A stretch of 64,000 nt of DNA from Bdellovibrio sp. (GTDB lineage Bacteria > Bdellovibrionota > Bdellovibrionia > Bdellovibrionales > Bdellovibrionaceae). The translations under genes and the position numbers were made by a program. Position 1 is the stretch's first letter; every line of letters starts with the position of its first letter. Where the stretch lies: the NCBI GenBank assembly GCA_036677065.1, contig JAKFBS010000001.1:256001-320000 (forward strand), given 5' to 3'. Positions 58,114 to 64,000 of the stretch are shown piece after piece. The notes under the pieces are model-generated. The model did not search any database and was not told the DNA's origin. It saw only the letters and a list, made by a program, of their open reading frames with translations.

Positions 58114-58124
58114 AAGTTCTCCGT

Positions 58125-60281
58125 TTATTTGTTATCAGCTGTTGTAGGGCTTGGTGTTTTTGCTTTTTGGCCCAGGGCTTGTAAGTAAGCAATCAATGCG
58201 ACGATTTGTTTTTTCTCTAAACCTTTAGGGGCACCTTGTTTGTGAAGTTCATCCGCTAAGATTTTTGCTTCTTTCTGCGCGATGATATCTGCATTGGCGA
58301 TGGTATTTTCATCGTAAGGGGTACCTAAAGCTTTCATCACTGAAAATTCACGGCGCAAAGAAAGAAAGTCAGTATTTTTTTCTACTAGCCAAGGGTAATT
58401 CGGCATAATTGAATTCGGTGTGATAGCGCGTGGGTTTATCATATGTTGAAAGTGCCACATGTCTGGATATTTTTTACCAAGGCGGGATAAATCAGGCCCA
58501 GTGCGTTTTGAACCCCATTGGTGCGGACGATCCCACATTGATTCTTCAATAGTTGAAGCTGGCCCGTAACGAAGAACTTCTGCGACAATCGGTCTGATTT
58601 GCTGCGAGTGACAAACATAACAACCTTCAGAAATATAAATTCCGCGGCCCGCGATCTGTAGAGCCGAAAAGGGCTCAGTGGTTTGTTCAGGGTTTACATA
58701 TCTATGAAGTGATAATGTTGGGTAAATTTCAATAACTGAGCCAACTAACACCGCGACAAAAGTTAAAACAGAAAATCCTAAACCCATGCCTTCAAGTTTT
58801 CTATGCACATCATTGGTTTTTTCATCCCAGCCAGTGCGAGTGACCTTCACCACCGTTTCGGGTGCATCTTTCGGAGCTAGTTTGATGGTTTTATACATGT
58901 TGTAGATAAAGATCAGATAGCCAGTTACAAACAGGGCTCCACCGATCGCGCGCACCCAATAAAGCGGAACGATTTTAGTCACGGTTTCAACAAAATCTGG
59001 ATACATCAATTTACCTTCAGCAGTAACCCCATTTAGCATTAAGCCTTGGGTAATTCCTGCCACAGTCATTGATACGTAATAAAATAATACTCCTGTTAAT
59101 GAAACCCAGAATGAATTTTCTGCAAGTTTAACTGAGTATAATTCAGTTTTCCAAAGACGCGGAACCATCCATAACATCATGCCCATGATCAACATACCAT
59201 TCCAGCCAAGGGCGCCTGAATGCACATGCCCGACAATCCAATCTGTATAGTGGCCTACAGCTGAAATAGATTTAATTGAAAGCAGTGGCCCTTCGAAAGT
59301 AGCCATGCCGTAAAAAGTAAGAGCTGCGACAAAAAATTTGATGACCGGATTTTGAATAAGTTCTTTAAACGCTCCTTTTAAAGTCATCAATCCATTGATC
59401 ATGCCGCCCCAAGATGGCGCCCAAAGCATAATTGAAAAAACCATTCCTAAAGATTGTGCCCATTCAGGAAGTGAAGTGTATAAAAGGTGATGAGGCCCAG
59501 CCCAGATATAAATAAATACTAAAGCCCAAAAGTGAATAATAGAAAGACGGTAAGAATAAACCGGGCGGTTGGCTGCTTTCGGAACAAAATAATACATTAA
59601 GCCCAAAAACGGTGTTGTTAAAAAGAAAGCAACAGCATTGTGGCCGTACCACCATTGCACTAAGGCATCTTGAATACCGCCCCATACCGGAATTGATTTT
59701 AGCGGCGTGATCGGAATTTCAATTGAATTCACAATATGTAACATGGCCACTGTAATGATCGTTGCGATGTAGAACCAGATACCGACGTAAAGATGTTTTT
59801 CACGGCGGCGTTTAATCGTCATGAAAAAATTAATTGCAAACACCACCCAGATGACAGTGATTAAAATATCAATCGGCCATTCAAGTTCTGCGTACTCTTT
59901 TGATTGGGTATATCCCAGTGGTAAAGTGATGGCTGCGCATAAAATAACAAATTGCCAACCCCAGAAATGAATTTTCGACAACAGGTCAGAAAACAAACGG
60001 GCTTTGAGTAAACGTTGGGTTGAATAGTACATTCCGGCAAAAATCGCATTGCCGGCAAAGGCAAAAATAGCTGCATTGGTATGTAACGGGCGTAAACGGC
60101 CAAAAGTCATCCATTCCATATTCATGTTCATGGGCCAATACGCTAACTGTAAAGCTGCGATTAATCCGAATAATAGAGCGGCAATTCCCCACCCGAATGT
60201 AGCTAGTGAAAAATATTTAACAATCTTGTCATCGTAAATTATATTTTCTGTATGTGCGTTAAGATCTGTGTTTGCTCTCAT
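58125..60281 (-). CDS. ccoN: Fused cbb3-type cytochrome c oxidase subunits I/II (CcoN-CcoO); start uncertain
   Basis: FGRLRPLHTN, WWYGHNAV, WAGPHH, GHVH; C-terminal GCYVCHSQ and GSKRTGPDL. Confidence 0.95.
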   Translation of the reverse strand: MRANTDLNAHTENIIYDDKIVKYFSLATFGWGIAALLFGLIAALQLAYWPMNMNMEWMTFGRLRPLHTNAAIFAFAGNAIFAGMYYSTQRLLKARLFSDLLSKIHFWGWQFVILCAAITLPLGYTQSKEYAELEWPIDILITVIWVVFAINFFMTIKRRREKHLYVGIWFYIATIITVAMLHIVNSIEIPITPLKSIPVWGGIQDALVQWWYGHNAVAFFLTTPFLGLMYYFVPKAANRPVYSYRLSIIHFWALVFIYIWAGPHHLLYTSLPEWAQSLGMVFSIMLWAPSWGGMINGLMTLKGAFKELIQNPVIKFFVAALTFYGMATFEGPLLSIKSISAVGHYTDWIVGHVHSGALGWNGMLIMGMMLWMVPRLWKTELYSVKLAENSFWVSLTGVLFYYVSMTVAGITQGLMLNGVTAEGKLMYPDFVETVTKIVPLYWVRAIGGALFVTGYLIFIYNMYKTIKLAPKDAPETVVKVTRTGWDEKTNDVHRKLEGMGLGFSVLTFVAVLVGSVIEIYPTLSLHRYVNPEQTTEPFSALQIAGRGIYISEGCYVCHSQQIRPIVAEVLRYGPASTIEESMWDRPHQWGSKRTGPDLSRLGKKYPDMWHFQHMINPRAITPNSIMPNYPWLVEKNTDFLSLRREFSVMKALGTPYDENTIANADIIAQKEAKILADELHKQGAPKGLEKKQIVALIAYLQALGQKAKTPSPTTADNK

Positions 60282-60447
60282 GAGAGGGCCTTTCATGGTT
60301 TGTGTGTCTTTCGTTATCATTTAAAATTCGGTGTGCCGGCGTATCAAGATCGTCGAGCTGGCCATTACCGGCAGCCCAGAAAAAAATACCGACGAAAACT
60401 ATTCCTAAAGCTAAAGCCATGGGAATCATTAAAAATAAGATGTTCAT
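60259..60447 (-). CDS. ccoS: cbb3 assembly protein CcoS
   Basis: LMIPMAL...FFWA..NGQLDDL..PA.RIL. Confidence 0.9.
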   Translation of the reverse strand: MNILFLMIPMALALGIVFVGIFFWAAGNGQLDDLDTPAHRILNDNERHTNHERPSHESKHRS

Positions 60448-62732
60448 TTTCTAAATCCCCATAAAGTTGAAAATAAAATAACCAGCGAACTGATCGGCAT
60501 AAGCACGGCAGCCCATAGAGGATTGATAAATCCACATAAGGCTAAAATTCCGGCCAGAGTGTTGTAAGCCAGTGAAAGCGCTAAATTTCTTTTTAAGGTT
60601 TGGTGAATGGCTTCGTTCACCGAAAATAATTCGACTAATGGATTTAATCCTGAGCGTAAGAAAAAAATGTCGGCACTGGCTAAGGCAATTTCAGCGCTGC
60701 CTTTAATAGCCACGCTAATTTCGCTGCTGCTCATGGCAAGAGTGTCATTCACGCCGTCGCCAATCATTAAGCTATGCGGGTATTTTGCGATAATGTCTTT
60801 TTTGTCTTCGGGGTAAAGTTCGGCAAAAACGTGTTCACGCTGCAAACCACACTGTTCTGCAATCGCTAAGGCTTTACGTTTTTTATCGCCGGTAATTAGG
60901 TAGCAGTTTTTACCTTGCGCGCGCAGCTGGGCAATAATTACCGCAGCTTCTTCGCGAATTTTATCTTGTAAATAGATGCGGCAAATGAGCTCTTTGTTTT
61001 TGTAAAGAGCTACGGCGATATCAATGCTTTCGTCGAATAAGTTTGCAGATAAAGTTTTTAACTCGTAAATGTCTGCACCCAATTGGGCTTTAATGCCACT
61101 TCCGAAAATTTCTTGGTGATTGGTGAAAGAAATTTCTGTGTTCCAGTTTTTAAAATAAGAACGCAAAGCAAAAGCTACGGGGTGATATGAAATTTTTTCT
61201 AAGCCGATAAGTAAGTTTGCGGTGTTAAGATCTAATTTTTCTGGCCAGGTTTCGCAGACTTGTAATTGCCCGTACGTCAGAGTTCCGGTTTTATCAAAAA
61301 AGATATTTTGAATTTGATTCATTTTTTCAAAGACATTAGCGTTACGTACGGCCGTGCCTTTTTTTTGCGATTTACGAAATGCCATGGCCATTGTCAAAGG
61401 GCTGCCAAATGCCAATGCACAAGGGCAAGCAACGACAATAAGGGCTAAAGTGCGATGAAAGGCTTCTGTGAAATCAAGCGCAAACCCTATAACAATAAAC
61501 GAAATCGCAGCCAGAATAAAAACGTACAAAATTAATTTTTCAGATAATTTATCGGCTAAAGTTAAATAGCTGTTTTTAGCTAATAAATTTTCTTGGCTTG
61601 TGCCAAGTAAATTCGCGATGCGGGTTTTTTCTAAAGGTAATTCGCAACACATGGTGATCGAAGAAGATAACAATTTATAACCGGCAAAAAGTCGCATGCC
61701 TTTGGTGAAAGTGTAGGGCACGTTTTCACCAGACATAAATGAAGTGTCGATCAGGGCATTTTCAGAAAGCAAAACACCATCTACCGGAATAGCCTGATCT
61801 TGGCTTACGATAAAGTTTTGTCCTTGTTTGATATTTTCAGTGATTATGCTGGTTGAGCTGCCGACGACGACGTAAGTTTCTGTGCGAAGTTGTGAATGTA
61901 CATTTTTAGGTGATAAAAATTTTTGCTGGGCTTTTTTAACAAAAAAACGGGCCACTAAAATCAGAAATATAAAGCTTGCTGTCGAATCAAAATAAAATTG
62001 GTCGCTACCGGTGATTAAACTATAAAAAGACAAGCCAGAGCTAGTTAGGAGCGCAATCACAATCGGAAGATCGATATGAATTTTTTGCAGTTTTAAACTG
62101 GCCCAGGCGCCGCGATAAAATGGAACAGCTACATAAAACAGTATTGGTAAAAATAGTAAAAAATTAAGCCATTTAAAAATCGTTAATAGGCTGCCTGAAG
62201 CGCCAGTATAAATAGCGATTGAAAAAAGCATGATGTTGCCAGCCAACGCGCCTGCAGTAGCAATACGTTTTAAATCCTGACGGGATTCAAGGCGTATTTT
62301 TTCATAACTATCTTCGTTGGCTTTAATGATCGACGAATCGTAACCCATCGCTTTAATTAATGCGGCAATTTCAGAAAGTTTTCCGTCCGCATCGAGTTCG
62401 ATTACTAATTCAGAATTAGCTATATTTAAGCGGGCCATTTTACAGTGCGAATTTAGTTCTGAAATTTGCTCTAATAAATGAACACAGCTAGAACATTGAA
62501 TGCCAGAGATATAAAATTTAAAGCGGCGCTCTTTCGCATCTAACTGATAAAGGTTTTGATTTTCAGGCAAATCTAAATAAGAGAACTGCGTATCAGTAAG
62601 TCGTGCTGCTTTTGTTAATTCAGAAAAGCCTGCATCTAAGACTTCGCAAGCGTGACAACAGTAAGACTGCTGTGACCAAGTGCCACAGTATTTACAGGGT
62701 TGTTTTTCGTTATTAACTAGAGCCGGTGACAT
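60444..62732 (-). CDS. ccoI: Heavy-metal (Cu) P1B-type ATPase CcoI/FixI
   Basis: N-terminal CxxC...CCxxC, CSSC, CPC, DKTGT, HP, GDGVND. Confidence 0.9.
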   Translation of the reverse strand: MSPALVNNEKQPCKYCGTWSQQSYCCHACEVLDAGFSELTKAARLTDTQFSYLDLPENQNLYQLDAKERRFKFYISGIQCSSCVHLLEQISELNSHCKMARLNIANSELVIELDADGKLSEIAALIKAMGYDSSIIKANEDSYEKIRLESRQDLKRIATAGALAGNIMLFSIAIYTGASGSLLTIFKWLNFLLFLPILFYVAVPFYRGAWASLKLQKIHIDLPIVIALLTSSGLSFYSLITGSDQFYFDSTASFIFLILVARFFVKKAQQKFLSPKNVHSQLRTETYVVVGSSTSIITENIKQGQNFIVSQDQAIPVDGVLLSENALIDTSFMSGENVPYTFTKGMRLFAGYKLLSSSITMCCELPLEKTRIANLLGTSQENLLAKNSYLTLADKLSEKLILYVFILAAISFIVIGFALDFTEAFHRTLALIVVACPCALAFGSPLTMAMAFRKSQKKGTAVRNANVFEKMNQIQNIFFDKTGTLTYGQLQVCETWPEKLDLNTANLLIGLEKISYHPVAFALRSYFKNWNTEISFTNHQEIFGSGIKAQLGADIYELKTLSANLFDESIDIAVALYKNKELICRIYLQDKIREEAAVIIAQLRAQGKNCYLITGDKKRKALAIAEQCGLQREHVFAELYPEDKKDIIAKYPHSLMIGDGVNDTLAMSSSEISVAIKGSAEIALASADIFFLRSGLNPLVELFSVNEAIHQTLKRNLALSLAYNTLAGILALCGFINPLWAAVLMPISSLVILFSTLWGFRK

Positions 62733-62785
62733 TTATTCTGTCCTTATATATGAGACAGAATAACCGCTGGGCTGTTCAAACCATT

Positions 62786-62799
62786 ATGATCCACGTCAT
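62786..62799. promoter_or_regulatory. FNR/CRP-type binding site upstream of the cco operon
   Basis: ATGAT-CCAC-GTCAT versus consensus TTGAT-N4-ATCAA, 54 bp before the ccoI ATG. Confidence 0.6.
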
Positions 62800-62814
62800 G
62801 TTTTTTAGAAATTT

Positions 62815-63540
62815 TTAATAAATAGAATGAAGTTTTTCTATTAACTTTTGTTTGTTAATGAGTTTAATTTCACGACCTTGGGATTGATCAATGTAGCCTT
62901 CTTTTTCAAATTGAGACAATGTGCGAATTACAGTTTCAGGTGTAGTGCCGGCCCACTCGGCGATTTCTTTACGTGTCCAATTTTGATGTTCAAAGTGTTC
63001 TTGTAAAAAAATAAGTGCTTCAGCAATTCGTTCGCTGGCATCTTTATCCATTTGCCCGGTCCATTTTTCTTCGGCAATGCGCAGATCTTTTGATAAGGCT
63101 TCTAAAATTTTTAATGTGACCTGAGGGTAATGTTCAAAAATATCCATCACTACATTTTTAGGAATAAAACACACTTCTGAAGCATCGACAGCAATTGCCG
63201 AAGCCCGATAATCTTCATGAGAAAATAGCGAACGATATCCCAAAGCTGAACCTGGCCCCAGATAACGAAGGGTGTGTGTTTGCCCGTGTTCGCTAGAGAC
63301 TTCTAATTTAACTAATCCTGTAGAAATACTAAATAATCCAAGCGGTTGGTTGCCTTGATAAAAAATGGTCTGTTGGGGTTTAAACGTAGTTTTTTGCTTT
63401 GCTGCTTCTAATAAGCGCCAAACATCTGGTGAAGTTGAACAAATAATATTAGACATGCGGTGGTCGCATTTCTCACAAGAAGACGCCGCCTGCGTAGCGC
63501 AGGGCGATTCAACTGTTGGTTTCGGAGCAACTTTCAACAT
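62815..63540 (-). CDS. FNR-like Crp/Fnr regulator with Cys cluster
   Basis: CEKC...IIC and EVCFI Cys residues; TRKEIAEWAGTTPETVIRTLS HTH. Confidence 0.88.
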   Translation of the reverse strand: MLKVAPKPTVESPCATQAASSCEKCDHRMSNIICSTSPDVWRLLEAAKQKTTFKPQQTIFYQGNQPLGLFSISTGLVKLEVSSEHGQTHTLRYLGPGSALGYRSLFSHEDYRASAIAVDASEVCFIPKNVVMDIFEHYPQVTLKILEALSKDLRIAEEKWTGQMDKDASERIAEALIFLQEHFEHQNWTRKEIAEWAGTTPETVIRTLSQFEKEGYIDQSQGREIKLINKQKLIEKLHSIY

Positions 63541-63814
63541 GGAATTAGTCTAACACAGTACAGGGCTAAAATTGTTAAGAGTTCTACACACCTCATGCTC
63601 AGGACCCCAAATTCGCCCTGTTTCCTGCCTATCCAAAAATGAGGCATTACATAAATTTTATTGAGGTTTCGGGTGATCATTTTACGCAACTAGACCAGTA
63701 CAGTTTTCGTAACAGAAACTTGTGATGCTTAAAAATTACTCCCTAGAATTAAATTCTGAAATAATCTGAAATCCAATTTTCAGGGTCACATTGGCGCTGG
63801 AAAAACCTGTGTGT

Positions 63815-63844
63815 TGTGGAAAAGTCTGTGGATTTGGTTGATAA
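63815..63844 (-). promoter_or_regulatory. Cluster of co-oriented DnaA-box-like 9-mers
   Basis: Minus strand TTTTCCACA (63815-23, consensus), AAATCCACA (63827-35), TTATCAACC (63836-44). Confidence 0.5.
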
Positions 63845-64000
63845 CTCACTCTCAAAATCAAATATATAACTAAAGAGCTGTTTACGCGCACAGATAATAT
63901 TGCATCGCGCAATACATCGGGGTCTGTACGACACCATGACAGTTGCGATTAAAAATCAGCTAAAAAGTGAAATGATATGACAGATTTAGAGCTAAAACTT

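Noticed and set aside
1761..63937. Numerous 60-130-aa ORFs nested in or antisense to long genes
   Set aside because: They overlap well-supported CDSs and have no recognisable motifs; treated as shadow ORFs.
63540..64000. Chromosomal oriC
   Set aside because: Only one consensus DnaA box and no dnaA or dnaN in view; B. bacteriovorus oriC lies between dnaA and dnaN.

Overview
64 kb of an AT-rich chromosome from a predatory Bdellovibrionota bacterium. The lineage is inferred from MglA with the P-loop Gly-to-Ser change and no mglB, two TIGR02147/DUF4423 regulators, a GshA-family ligase and many orphan secreted proteins. Core blocks: ftsE-ftsX-envC-like-ctpA; tig; a tandem ArsA/Get3 ATPase pair with a lipoprotein and gshA; pepA; clpP-clpX-(DacB)-lon; tRNA-Val(TAC); ffs-dnaX-ybaB-recR-mglA-nadA; and an FNR-linked cbb3 oxidase operon. 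About 20.6-41.5 kb is accessory. The most unusual structure is a ladder of three copies of the 3' end of a TIGR02147 gene (24145-24178, 30642-30693, 32557-32582). The copies differ from the intact gene mostly by synonymous changes and bracket two integrase-free cargo modules: a stress/ribokinase operon plus a serine hydrolase, and an XRE-S24 repressor/lipoprotein unit with a perfect 17-bp operator palindrome. Also seen: sigma-54 and FliA promoter motifs on secreted enzyme genes (some predicting leaderless mRNAs), two small post-stop-codon repeat families, a Lys/Ala-rich insert in Lon and a DnaA-box cluster at the right end. No CRISPR array, rRNA, integrase or transposase was recognised. All calls are by eye from motifs; no database searches were run.
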